Of a stretch of 58,506 nt of DNA, positions 1 to 12,455 are shown piece after piece (position 1 is the first letter of the stretch; each line of letters opens with the position of its first letter). Both the position numbers and the translations under genes were made by a program. The notes under the pieces were generated by a model that worked only from the letters and a program-made list of their open reading frames with translations, was not told the DNA's origin and searched no databases. Source of the stretch: Paramecium tetraurelia (Eukaryota); NCBI GenBank assembly GCA_000165425.1, contig CT867990.1, positions 248,001-306,506 of the forward strand, written 5' to 3'.

Positions 1-116
1 TATATTGTATGCTCATCCCAATGCAATTCTTTCTTCCTACAATAAAATTCATTTCAATACATATCTAGATCCTGTTATGAATTCTTCTTCAAAATTCCCT
101 TTTACGATTATTTCAT
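1..116 (-). CDS. PPP1R2: Protein phosphatase 1 inhibitor-2 (IPP-2) family, 5' part; continues beyond window start
   Basis: ATG 116, code 6, intron 37-60 removed: MKQSQKGILKKNSQQDLDMKKELHWDEHTI. KGILK (SILK-type) and xWDE motifs are typical of inhibitor-2. Confidence 0.8.
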
Positions 117-361
117 TTTCCAAGATTTTAATATAAATTACAAATAATTATTTAATATCACACCCCATCATAAAAAATGATTCAAATGGAAATCTCATTT
201 ATAGATTTCGGAATAGAAATAGAAATAGATATAGGAATGTTATAAAAATAACAGAAATTATAACACATTATTTTTATTTTATTTTTATGCCAATAAAATT
301 TTATGATTATTATTTTATCTAATTTAAACAAAATGAAAATCTAGAGTAGAATTCATTGACA

Positions 362-751
362 TCACCTTGTTACTTATTTGATAATAGAATCGTTTTTACC
401 GATGTATTTAGTTTTTTGGTAGATTCTAATTTATTATAAAATGGGTCCAATGTAGTTGCGCTTAAGTTATTTCTTCGGAGAGAATTAAGCCTTCTTTATG
501 AAGTTCCCTTGCAAGTAATGCTATCTCTGAGACACCGTGTAGGCATTGTCGATGAGTAAGGAGTTCTTGACGTAGCACTAAAAAATTCGATTCTTTTTTG
601 GTGAGACCGATTAGTGCAACTTACAGTCGATGTGTGTGGGGACAGTATTGGCATAGTTGAGTGACTCACTGAGAAATTTGAGTTGGTTGGTGTACGTATT
701 TTAATAGGAGTATTCTTCCCATCCCTATAAATGTGATTGTTTTTTGTTCAT
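362..751 (-). CDS. Hypothetical protein (~129 aa)
   Basis: ATG 751 to TGA 362 is open under code 6 (MNKKQSHLQGWEEYSYQ...). A second frame is also open and no motif is recognisable. Confidence 0.35.
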
Positions 752-770
752 ATATTCTTTAAATTAAATA

Positions 771-2805
771 ATGCAACCGGTCCAACCTATTGCTGAAGGA
801 CAGCGAACAAAAATAATATACACACTTATCAAGGATCAAAAGTACAAGGAGGCTATAAATTATTTGAATTACGAGTTGCAATTCTGTCCGAAGAGCAGAG
901 CCTTATCTTTACTCGCATATTGCCATTACATGAATTAGGATTTCACTTCTGCCGTTGGCATGTACGAAATGGTCTAGATAAATTAGTTATGAACAATTGG
1001 TGAAGTACTATCCTGAGATTGATGATTATAAGATCTACTTGGCATAGTCATATTACAAGGATAGTAAGAAAGTTTTTGAAAAATAGGTCTATACGATGAG
1101 GCATTGAAAGTGTGTGCTTCAATTGAGAATCCTCAATATCAAGGCAAGATGGTGTAATTGTAAGCTCTGATTCGATATGAGAAGAGCGAATTTCAACATG
1201 CGAAGACATTATTAAAATAGAATAACATGGACGATCCAGACTCAGTCATTAATGAAGGGTGCATTTTATTCAAGGAGAATAAGTTCGATGAGGCAAGACA
1301 GCGATTTCAGGACGGAATGAATTTGACTGGTTACTCTTGTGAATTGGCCTACAACATAGCTCTGTGTTATTACAAATAAAAACAATTGGCTCAATCTCTC
1401 AAGTACATAGCCGAGATCATTGAGAGGGGAGTGAGAGAAAGACCAGATTTGGGAGTAGGTTCAAATGCAGAAGGAATCGAAGTCAAGAGTGTTGGTAATT
1501 CCTAAGCATTGAAGGAGTCTGCTTTGATTGAAGCATTCAATTTAAAGGCAGCCATCGAATACTCTATCAAAAATTTTGATGCAGCAAAAGAAGCTTTGGT
1601 TGACATGCCTCCGAGAGAAGAGGACGAATTGGATCCTGTAACTTTGATGAATCAAGCCTTGATGAACATAGAGGAGAAAACAGCGGAAGGGTTTAAAAAG
1701 TTGAATCATTTATTGCAAAATCCGCCATTCCCTCCTGAGACATTTCCGAATCTATTACTGTTGTATTGCAAATATGGCTATTATGACATGGCAGCTGATA
1801 TTCTAGCTGAAAATGCAGATCTCACTTTTAAGACCATTAGTTCAGACGACTTTGAATTTGTAGACGCATTGATTTTGAGTGCAGCGAGTCCAGAGGAATC
1901 CTTTAGAAAGTTTTAGATCTTAGCAAACAAACATATAGACACTCTACGAAGGATCACTAAATCAATTCAGGATGCAAGGTTGAACAGGGACAACGAGGGA
2001 ATCAAGAAATCGCTTAAGGAATTCGATGATTGTTTGGAGAAGTTCATTCCTGTATTGATGGCACAGGCTAAAATATATTGGGATAAGGATAATTATTCAT
2101 AGGTGGAGAAACTGTTTAGACAGTCAGCAGAATTTTGTGCTGATCACGATGTCTGGAAATTAAATGTGGCACATGTATTTTATGTGCAAGACAATAAATA
2201 TAGAGAGGCTATTCGTTATTATGAACCTATTGTTAAGAAGAATAGTGATAATCTATTGTCATTGACTGCAATAGTGATTGCAAATTTGTGTGTTAGTTAC
2301 ATTATGGTCAATCAAAATGAAGATGCTGAAGAGATGATGCGTAAATTGGAAAAGGAAGAAGAGAAATCACAGTATCAAGATCCAGAGAAATCAGTGTATC
2401 ATTTGTGCATTGTAAATTTAGTTATAGGAACACTTTATTGTTCAAAAAATAATTACGAATTTGGTATCTCTAGAGTTATCAAATCACTTGAACCATATAA
2501 CAAGAAAGTAAATTAATGAAATCTATTATGTAGATTAACACAGATACGTGGTATTATGCCAAGAGATGTTTCCTTGCTTTGATCGAAGTCTTGGCCAAAC
2601 ATATGATTATTCTTAAGGACACTTCGTATAGTGAGATCCTGGATTTCTTGGATGCAGCTGATCAATGTGGCAAGTCTATCCCCTCTGTATTTATTACCCG
2701 TATATTCTTTAGGTAATTAACCCGCTAGAATAACTTGATGAGAAACACACGATATCATATGAAGCCAGGATGATTAAGAGGATGTTTTTGAAATTAAGAA
2801 CATGA
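771..2805 (+). CDS. IFT70: Intraflagellar transport protein 70 (TTC30/DYF-1/Fleer), TPR protein
   Basis: MQPVQPIAEGQRTKIIYTLIKDQKY..., ESALIEAFNLKAAIEY, MPPREEDELDPVTL, PFPPETFPNLLLLYCKY, YHLCIVNLVIGTLYC, FGISRVIKSLEPY, TDTWYYAKRCFL. Four ~23-26 nt introns (first at 962-986). Confidence 0.96.
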
Positions 2806-2826
2806 ATTATAAATATATATATAAAT

Positions 2827-4596
2827 ATGTTACAAAAGTAATTTGAGGAGGAGGAGGAGAGGAGCAAAGAATTCTTAGCCAAGTTGAACTAAATTAAAAA
2901 GGTATCGCTATCATTTGAGGGTTTAAGGTGTCGAAGGACATGAAACATAAGAATGTTCAATCAGTTTAAAGGTAGGAATGGTCGAAAGAGTATTTGCAAT
3001 TGATGAAAGTAGAGAGAATGCTCAATATTGATTTGGAGTCGAAGTTACTACTCTTGGAGATCCAATCAGACTTACCCAAGTTTTGTTTAGCTGCCCTACT
3101 GGAGTAGGGAATTCAAAATTACAAATAAGTCAAAGATGAGTTGATTTATTAATTACAAAATCTAAAGAAGATTCAACTCTAATTGAGGAGAGAATAATTG
3201 CCTCGATTGGATAAGAAGACTAATAACGAGAGCTCTTAATTTAAGGAATTGGCATTTTCATTTAAGGATTACTTGCAATAAATGATTTCTAAATTGGAAG
3301 TAGAATATTAAAAAGAATCTACAATAGTCGATGAGGACAACGAAGAAACCTTGGATATGCAACAATGCAATGTGACTATATGCAATTCATTTCGATCCAG
3401 AATTGAGCAAGAATATTTGAATGACAGTATTGTAATGTTAATCAAAACCATTTAGAATTGATCTTATATGCCTAAAATTGTGATGATGAAGAGTTGGAGA
3501 TTCTTGAAAACTATGCCAAAGCTTTAGAGTATCTTTATGAGAGGTACCAATTGGAAATACAGAAACTGACTCCCAAAGAGAGGATCGAAGTCAGTGAGGA
3601 GATGCTATATCTGGGATCATCAAACAGTTTACACAGTATGTAAAGGTTGATGCTCCATTTCCCAAAGAAGAGTCGTCCCGAGTTGCAAGAGGCTGTCGAT
3701 TACATTAGAAAACAAAAAGATATCAATAAGAGGTTGACAATTTTATAACGCAATTGGAAGATTGAATATTCGGTAGTCTATTTATCTGAAGATATAGCAA
3801 TTATAAAATAAATCAGAACAGTTGCTGAATGATATGCAATAGAATAAAATTCAAAAAAATCAGAGATGGATGGAGTACTTGTAATTGAAGCAACAAAGAA
3901 TCAGAATAGCAGAGGAACTAGAGGAGAAGTAACACTATATCATAATGAAAATAGACGTGTTGAATACGAGAAAAAATAATTAATTTTACAATAATAGAAA
4001 GAGGAGTAGAGGGAACAATAGGAATAATTGGATTAGGTTAAGCACGATGAATGGTTGAAACACAAGGCTGAAATTGCAGAGATTGCTCTGACATATCAAG
4101 TAGAGAAGGAATAGAAGAGACAATAGTTCTTGATCTAATAGTAATAACAAGCAGAGGTGGTGAAGAAACAACAGTTACAATAAATCGAGTAGGCAAAACC
4201 ACGAGTGTAATAAAGACAGGAGAAGGAGGTAGTGAAACGGGAGGATAAGAAATTGAAGTAGGAGATCAAGAAGTTGGAACCGGAAGTGAAGGCTCAGAGA
4301 ATTGAAGATGCCATCAATAGATACAGTATCAGACCTAATGTGGATAAGGATTTTCAGAGGTTGATCAGTGAGACTGAGACGAGGCAATTGCGAAAACAAA
4401 CGAAATATGATAAGGCGGACAAAATTCCTTTAGTAATCATATTAATTATTGTGCAAAGTCCAATGTTACGGGATTTAACATCAATCAATTAATGTCGGAT
4501 ATGAGATATCGATTGCAAGTGGCTTTGAATGATGCAGGTTTGGGGTAGACTGCCTATGCTCGTGAAGTTATTTTGGGTATGAGCAAGCCATAATGA
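2827..4596 (+). CDS. CCDC148: Coiled-coil domain-containing protein 148-like
   Basis: Long E/K/Q coiled coil. C-terminus ...DFQRLISETE...QLMSDMRYRLQVALNDAGLGQTAYAREVI resembles the CCDC148 tail (SDPRLRFELALREAGLH..YAKEIL). Five tiny introns restore the frame. Confidence 0.75.
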
Positions 4597-4683
4597 AAAA
4601 TATATAATAAATAAGTGTGGTTTGGTTGCTATTTTAATATCTTATCGTTCATATTAAAATATTAATTTTTAAGTTAAACAATC

Positions 4684-5689
4684 ATGTAATCTCTTTGTCA
4701 TTACGCATTACCTTAGTTTTACACAACAACCATCCTTATTTCCCAAGTCTATCTTGTCACAAGGATATCAAGGTAATATTACCTCAAATGGTAGCATATC
4801 ATAAGAATGGTCGACTTTGATTATGGGAATCGTGCAATTCCTACTCAGTTTCGCCCTTATGGTGATGATTTTCATTCGACACAAATTTCAAATGAGAAAA
4901 CCTAATCTTTTCGGCTTGGCAAGCTGTCATACTATTTTATCAATTCTTTTGGCCATACAACAATTTGATCATTATTATCTTATGTTGATTATCCTTCAGT
5001 AGATGGCAGCTTGTTTGCTGTTGTCCCTGATAGTGTTGAACAAGAACAAGATTGCAGTTGGAATCGTGTTTTAAATATATTTGATTGGATTTTTAGTAGA
5101 TTTCCTCTCTCTTTACATTTGGTATGGATTCGCCATTTTATGGTTAGGATGTTCCAGAATCAATTCAGTCTGAGTCGAGCAATCGCCATTCTGGGTTCTG
5201 GGGGAGTTGGATTGATCACAATGATTTTATGTCTGTTATGTCAAGCTAAGCCACAAGGAAAACTTTAAAACGAATTGCACATTATAATAGGGTTCTATAT
5301 ATTTTGCGAACTGTTCATATGTTGTAACATAATCACAGAAATCATAAATGTAATAATTTGAAATTACAGTTTTATAGAGTGATTCAAGCATATACTTGAT
5401 CGACTTGATTCTGCTGAAGGTTTCCAATGTGCTTCTAGACGTGCTTATTTACCCATTTGCGAAATTTCACGAACCAACAAAAATGTAGATTTCTAAGAAT
5501 AAAATCTCATCTGAAATTATTGAGAATTGCAATACTCGACAATTCGAATGCTCCACGATACCGACCAAGGAAAGTGATTACGAATTGGATAGTGCTCTCA
5601 AGATCAAATCAGATAAACATATAGTTATGAATAAAATAGAATAATGTACTTCCAAAATGTGGATTAAGCCTCTTTTAGAAATTTATTGA
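4684..5689 (+). CDS. Hypothetical multi-pass membrane protein
   Basis: ATG 4684 to TGA 5689 with three putative introns. Several hydrophobic segments (LIMGIVQFLLSFALMVMIFI; AIAILGSGGVGLITMILCLLC) and a hydrophilic tail. Confidence 0.65.
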
Positions 5690-5845
5690 TTAATTAAATT
5701 CTCATCAATATTAAATCATTTACTTTAAGAAATATGACTATCAATTCTCATCTATTAGATGTAATAATTTTTGAAATATCAGAGAAAAAAACAAGCACAA
5801 AAAATTAAAAGAATTTTTAAATCTTGATTATTAAATCCACATAAA

Positions 5846-7755
5846 AGTATCACTATTTGTTAATTGATTTAGTGTTCAAGTTTCCCGGCTACTAGGATCA
5901 AAACAGACCATCCCAAAATGGACTTCACATTTCAGACTTGGAAGATGGAATCACAGAGGAGCAACTCTTTGTAGAGTTTAGAAAATTTGGATAGATTAGC
6001 TATGTTAAATTGCACAGGTAAAAGTGATCTCGCCATAATTAGATATCAATTCATTGGAAAGTCAAAGCATTATGCCTTCATCTATTTTTCATCGTAAGAG
6101 GAGGCAAGGAAGGCAAAAGAGGCAATGAATTACAAATAGCTTCTTAGAGATCCTATGCGTATAACCTACATTCAGGATTATGAAAAAGATGCAAACTTAT
6201 TTTTTGCAGGATTCGAGTTGAATGTATCACTCAAGCAATTGGAGGAATTCTTCACCAAATGGGGAGCAGTGGTCAGTGTCAAATTATCAGTCGATGAAAA
6301 TAAGAAGAGCAGAGGTATTTGAAAATTCTAAATCATTCAGGCTATGGATGGGTTTAATATGAAAAGAAAGACTAAGCAGATGCATTGTTGACTGAAAGTT
6401 AATAAAATGAAGGAAAAGTGTCATATAATGAAAAGACATCAATTATTGTGAAACGATTTGTTAGGAAAGGCTAAACAGAACGTGAAGACAAGAGATGTAA
6501 CTTATACATAAAGAACTTCTGGACTTCATTGGATGCTGTCGATTTAACAAACAACTAAGTTAGAGAATAATTGGTATCAATAATCAATTATCCATGAAAG
6601 GAAATTGAAATGCGTGCAAAATTGAATGAATGGTTCATCACATACGGTCCAATAATTAGTATCTTGGTCAAAATTGATCTTGAACGCAAAGCTCCATTTG
6701 CATTTGTCAGTTTCAGCAGGCATCAAGATGCAAAAGAGGCATAAAGAACATTAGGTACTACCTTAGGAGCTAATCCATCGAAGGATCCATTGAATACTGG
6801 GAGAAAGATGTATGTCGGATGGGCATAAACTAAAACAGATAGAAAACAACAAAGAGATAATAATGTCTATTAAAAATATATTTACGCTGATCATTTGAAT
6901 AGAAATGTTACAGAAGACGTGATTAGATAAACATTGAAAGATGCTGGTTATGGTGATATCTGCATGGTATTATTGAAATCTTATTCTATATTAGATTAGA
7001 TTGGAAAAGATGTAATAAGGATTTCAATAAATCATCAGAATTGGATATATTGTATTTGAATAAGGTTCAGATGCAAATAAGTTGATCAAATCCTTCAAGG
7101 AGAATGAAAAGTTCGATGAAATCAAGAGTCTATTCGATCCAAACGTAGAGTAAGCTGGTGGAAAATACTTCCAACATCTTTTCCCTCAACATTCCTAATC
7201 AAAAGGATAGAGAAGACCTAATTAAAGATAGTCTCCAAACAGAAGAATGTACTAAATGCCTTCAGGACCAGCCTAATTTGGTCCTAGAATGCCCTTCCCT
7301 TTCCCCATGTAACAATAGAGAGTTCCAGGTGGTGGAATGAGAAGACCATATCAATAGTAATTCCCCAATCCCATAAGACAAACTCCCTTCCCTCCTCCAG
7401 TTCGATAAGTTACTGACTTGGCTTCACTTTAACCTGTAGCCTTCGATAAACGATAAGATTTAGTCGATTTATTGGAGAACTTCGAGAATTTCAAGGCAAA
7501 ACCTGAAGAAGAGCAAGTCAAATAATTATAGTAATCTTTTGTAATAAAATTAATTCTAGAATGATGTTGTATTATAGAATCAAAGCAAAACTAAGCTAAG
7601 AAGCAGAATCTCATTGGAAGAAAGTAAGTGAAGTGCTTTCAGATCCTTCCAATTTCACAGTTGATGAAATCCTCGATATGATCAAGAATGAAGATCAATT
7701 TAATGAGTTAGTAGATGATGCTGTTACGTAATTAAAGGATGCAGCAAATTGGTGA
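5846..7755 (+). CDS. Divergent polyadenylate-binding protein (4 RRMs, Pro/Gln linker, degenerate MLLE/PABC domain)
   Basis: RRM motifs LHISDL..KHYAFIYF, LFFAGF..RGYGWVQY, LYIKNF..PFAFVSF; PABP-like MYVGWAQTKTDRK; P/Q/M-rich linker; C-terminus ILDMIKNEDQFNELVDDAVTQL. ATG is formed across intron 5847-5872. Confidence 0.82.
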
Positions 7756-7789
7756 TAAATTTATTGTTTTGTTCAAATATAAATATATT

Positions 7790-8221
7790 TCAACGAAATC
7801 TATTCGTATGATATTCTGAAATCCCAGGATTCGATAACCACAAATCATACTCCAAATAGTACCAACCTTGAATGCCTAAATGCAAGCTCAACAATACTCC
7901 ATACAGGATCAATCCCATTTTCAACATATGCTTTTATTGAATCTGCTTCAACTTCTGCTGATATTGGAATTATTCAATTCTTATATTTTTAACAATCTCC
8001 TAATTATCAAATTGACTCTGATTTGCAATCTTGATTGCCTGTTGAATTACATCATCATTTCTATTTCTACATTTAAAGATCTCTAAGAGGGCTCCTGGAT
8101 TTTGCTCGATCTCATAACTTAATCGGATTGCTTTCAATTGGATTGGGATGTCTTTGAAAGTCTCTTTGCTTAGTAACTATTAAATATTTGCTTATTTTAA
8201 TTGATTGATAAATGATTGCAT
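7790..8221 (-). CDS. Hypothetical protein (143 aa) with a C-terminal hydrophobic helix
   Basis: Intronless code-6 ORF: MQSFINQLKQANIQQLLSKETF...MGLILYGVLLSLHLGIQGWYYL...RFR*. Confidence 0.65.
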
Positions 8222-8267
8222 TGCAAATTATATGTATATTTATGATAAAATGTAAATGTAACAAAAA

Positions 8268-8519
8268 TCAATTGGCACTTAATATAATATTGTTTATTGG
8301 AATGAAAACCAACTTAATAAAGTATCCGACAGCTCCCATAACTGCAAAGCCAACAGCACAAGATGTTGCGATTTTAATGTACTCTATTTTGAAATTGTAC
8401 ATTCATATACCTCTTTTATCTGGTTTAGTGCATTTTCTAATAAATCTGTAACTCTCCTAACCGAAACTTTGGACATCCTACAATATTCCATTGATTCCAT
8501 TCAAGGTTTCTTAACTCAT
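8268..8519 (-). CDS. SEC61G: Protein translocon subunit Sec61 gamma
   Basis: [53 protein letters not shown]; intron 8384-8410. Confidence 0.97.
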
Positions 8520-8617
8520 TTTAAATTTAATATTGAATTCTCACTTAATCATTTCGCAATTTATATTCACACTATACGTGTTAAATTAATTTATATAATT
8601 ATTATGCAATTATATAA

Positions 8618-9718
8618 TCATTTTGGAAATATCTGATTGTCAATCATGTTTCTATTAACAAACTTTTACTCCCTATATTGAGTTGGGACTGCATCAATTG
8701 GATTCTTGTAGAACTAGCCTAAAAACAAGATCACTTCATATATCATACCATATCCCTTATACTGAGCATCGTCCATTTCTTTTCTTTTATTTAAGACTCT
8801 GCTATTTTGTCTATTGTGGTTGATGTTCTCAGTCTCCTGAATATCTGTGTTGAAGATGTTTGAAGTTTTGTTCTTCATCGAGGTTACTTTGTGTTATTGC
8901 ACTAATGAAGATGAACATTCTCAATACATTAACTAAATTAACTAAGTGCATCATCCTACTGCTATTATTGTTAGGGTTCTTGAACTCTTTGGTTAGTGTA
9001 GGCATTTTCATAAGCCTATCCTGTAATAGGATGATAAGAGGCTACTGGTGGTTTACCAGTATTCTACTGTTTACTTCCACTGTTCCCTTATTTGTACTAA
9101 TTATATTATTATATAAGATACCTTATAATAGAGCTCCTCTTCGACATTTGGCTATTGATAGTGATCATATTTGTTAGATTATTGCAACAATTATGGTTGT
9201 TCATAAGTGTTGGAAGGGTTATTATTATTTGAATATTGTTTTCCATTATTATAACTATCCAAAGCATCCTAGTAATTATACTCGGGTTGCTTATACAAGG
9301 CAGCGAGCTCTTGCTTTTTGTTCATTTCTTGAAGGTACAACTACTTCATGTAATCGTCATCTTGATTTTACTAATTATGTTAGTGAATACTTCCACAACT
9401 GGCACATAGGTTTATGTTTGATATTAGGGGATGTATGAATTTCTTTGATCTTGTCCCACTTTTCCAGCTATTTTGGTGTCTCCCTTTCTAGATTGATCAA
9501 TGTCCCATCCGATTTTGAATCCTTGTCTGGTGTTTGAGTTATCTGAAAATATTAAATTAACAATAACTACCATTGTATGTTCTGATGGAGTTCCTCTTAT
9601 CTCCGTCATAAAGCACTTAATTCTTGGGTCCTCCTCTAGACTAATAAAGACTTATAAATTTTTTAAAACCATCGCTAATTCTTCTGTATTTTTGAAATTT
9701 AATTAATTAATTTTCCAT
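8618..9718 (-). CDS. Hypothetical Q/N/Y-rich protein
   Basis: Spliced code-6 frame with about 4 tiny introns (GFKIGWDIDQSRKGD..., ...RNMIDNQIFPK*). Start codon uncertain. Confidence 0.55.
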
Positions 9719-9790
9719 TATACACATTAAAATTCAAATATATGTCGTTAATTATAAATTAATAGATTCAAATATCCCTAAGATCATTAA

Positions 9791-12414
9791 TCACTTTATT
9801 TATTAATTTATAGTTTTTAATTCAATATTAATTTTGGCATTCGATTGTATCTCCAACAGTCGGTTCTTCAAATTGATGTCGTCAGCCAAATCAGTATCAT
9901 TTCTAACGTAAATGTTATGTTATATGTACTTCATGAAATTGACATGCAATTCTCTCAATTCAGACCAAGACTTGATCGAAGACAACATCACAGTCACCGA
10001 GTTCCCAGAACTCTGAACACTCTCAAGACTCAGAAACAATCTCTGCAACTCCTTCAACTTACACAACCCCTTAAACAAAGTGTTCACACCTTCATCCCCT
10101 AATGGATTGCTAATTTCCAATTAATTCATTACTGATCAAGAATCAAGTTTACTGTTTCTAACTAAGTAGCTTAACCGAAGCCATTATACAGCAACTCCAT
10201 TCCATCCAATCCAATCTAGTTCGATCTGAAATTCAAACTGATACTCCTCAACTTCTTTTGCGATACCAAAAATCTATTGACATACCTCAATCCAAAGGAA
10301 GAACAAGACACACTATGTTTAATATATCGCACTCACTTCTCAATCCAAAATTTTAATTCTCTTAACCCTTGCTGCATCTCATGAATGGCCTTAGCCAAAA
10401 ATCTAACTCCCTCATCCTCTATACGATTTTTGGACAAGTCAATTACTAAAGTACTTAACTTCGTCAATTTCGGTAACACCAAACCCAGAGATTCGCATCC
10501 CTTCTTTGTAATTTGATTGCTCCACAAAGTCAGATTTAAATGCTTAACCTTCTCGCATTTGGACAATCCCTTAGCAAATTCCTCCACTCCCAAATCTTTG
10601 ATTTGCGAACCCCAAAGAACCAGTTCGCAATTCTCCAATTCGGATATGCTCTCTCCAAGATCAGAAAAACCCTCATTGTGCATAGGAATGCTGCTTTTAA
10701 GGCATAAGAAATACTTGGAAAAGTTAATGGTTAATTGAGTGAGGAGGGGCAATCGCTTCATTGACTACCTCAGTAATTTAGAAAGCACTTAATTCATTTA
10801 ATTACTTTCAAGACCTAAATCGAGCTTTTTTAGATTTGGCATGGCACATATAAGTTAAAAAAATGCTTCACAACAATCCATAGGTAGATGATTTCTTAAT
10901 TAATTTAGAAGAACTAATACAATCCGAAATCCAATTTTAACTCCTCCATCTGAACAAGTCCCTCTAAAAGGGGTAATGAATTATTAATGCCCTCATCAGA
11001 GATTTAATTATTAGATAGTTCCAAGGTTAATCGCTTCAATTCACTCATCTTCATTATCGCCTTGGTTAAGAACAACAATCCCAAATTCCCCAATTTATTA
11101 CTATAAATAGAAATAAGACCTTACTTCCACAGATGCAATTGCAATTCTTTCAACTTTTGAGCTCTATTCAAAATCTTTTCAACTGGTGCGATGGTTCTCA
11201 CATTCAAACAACTCATCTCCAATTTTATTTGTAACGTAATCATTTAAAAATTTTTAACTTGCTACGCTATGGTTTCTAAGAATTTAAGTAAATCGTCTTG
11301 TGATTTGTTCTGCATTCCATTTAGATCCAATTGCACATCCTCCTTATTCTTAATATCCAATTATAAATTGTCCAAATTAGAAATGGATTACAGATGTTTG
11401 TGATTGATTTTGGCAGGCTATTTAGATGATGAATGACGTACAGATTTAACTTCCAAGTAGGATCTTTCTTCAATAATTTGACTCAGTTGGGAGAAATCGT
11501 ATCTCTGATCAGGAGAGATGTCCAACATGAGCTTCAGGATTTTGGAAACTCCTTTGATTCTAGGGTATGATTCCTTGACTTGCTTTCGTTTTTCTTTTAA
11601 ATAATTGTAGAGCTTTACTTCGTCATCGAACAATTCTTCTCTTAACTAATATGAAAATTGGGGATGATACCTGTTTTGTCATATTTTGAGAGGTAGCAAA
11701 CAACAAGAAGACCAATCCAAGTGAGAAGACGTCACTCTTGTAAGGGTTGTACTTGGCTTGATGTTTCCTTCTTTTGAAAGCTCGATAGACTTCTGGAGCT
11801 TAGTATAAAACGGTGCCCCCGATGGTTCTTGATTTTGATTCCTCGTCAATAATTTCAGTGCCAAAACCAACCTGCGTTAAATGAGGAGTGTTACATCGCA
11901 AACTTTAAACAATAGATTTTCATCATTGAAAAGTATAATATTTTCTGGTTTGATATCTCTGTGTGCTATTTTGATTTCTTGGAGATGCGAGTGCGCTTTG
12001 ATCATAGTCGCAAAGAAATCAGCCACTTCATACTCTTGAAACCTGAATTCTGGATCCGATTGCTTTTTGGAGGAGATGTATTGCTATAAGTTGGTGATGC
12101 CCAATTCCATGACAATACAGCCGAAGGTGATTGCCTGCATTTAAGAGATGAATGAGTACTTTATCCTGAGTGGTCACCTTCTCATAATAGAAACTATCCT
12201 CAAAGGAAATAATATTTGGATGCGGATAAACCTTTATTTTTTGTAGGATCTAAATCTCCTACTAAAACCTCTCTCTCAATTACTCATCAATCAACACTTG
12301 CTTTATACAACACTTTTGCTTCGTCTACAGATTCTCAGCCAAATAAACTTCATTCCAAGTTTTCGCAAGAATACTGAGATACCGATATTCTGGGTTTACA
12401 TTACCAGTCATCAT
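9791..12414 (-). CDS. Protein kinase with C-terminal leucine-rich repeats (RNase-inhibitor-like)
   Basis: [45 protein letters not shown], followed by repeats such as LNLTLWSNQITKKG, LVIDLSKNRIEDEG, LEISNPLGDEG. Confidence 0.88.
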
Positions 12415-12455
12415 ATTTTTTTTATATTATTAAATATTATAACTTGTAACATTCT

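Noticed and set aside
210..238. Short (AATAGA)n-like repeat
   Set aside because: Only 3-4 imperfect units in AT-rich intergenic DNA; not telomeric and not CRISPR-like.
3986..4399. Hydrophobic minus-strand ORFs in the track (similarly 8212-8451, 8860-9177, 17282-17611, 32406-32612, 33871-34077)
   Set aside because: They are antisense shadows of real genes on the opposite strand.
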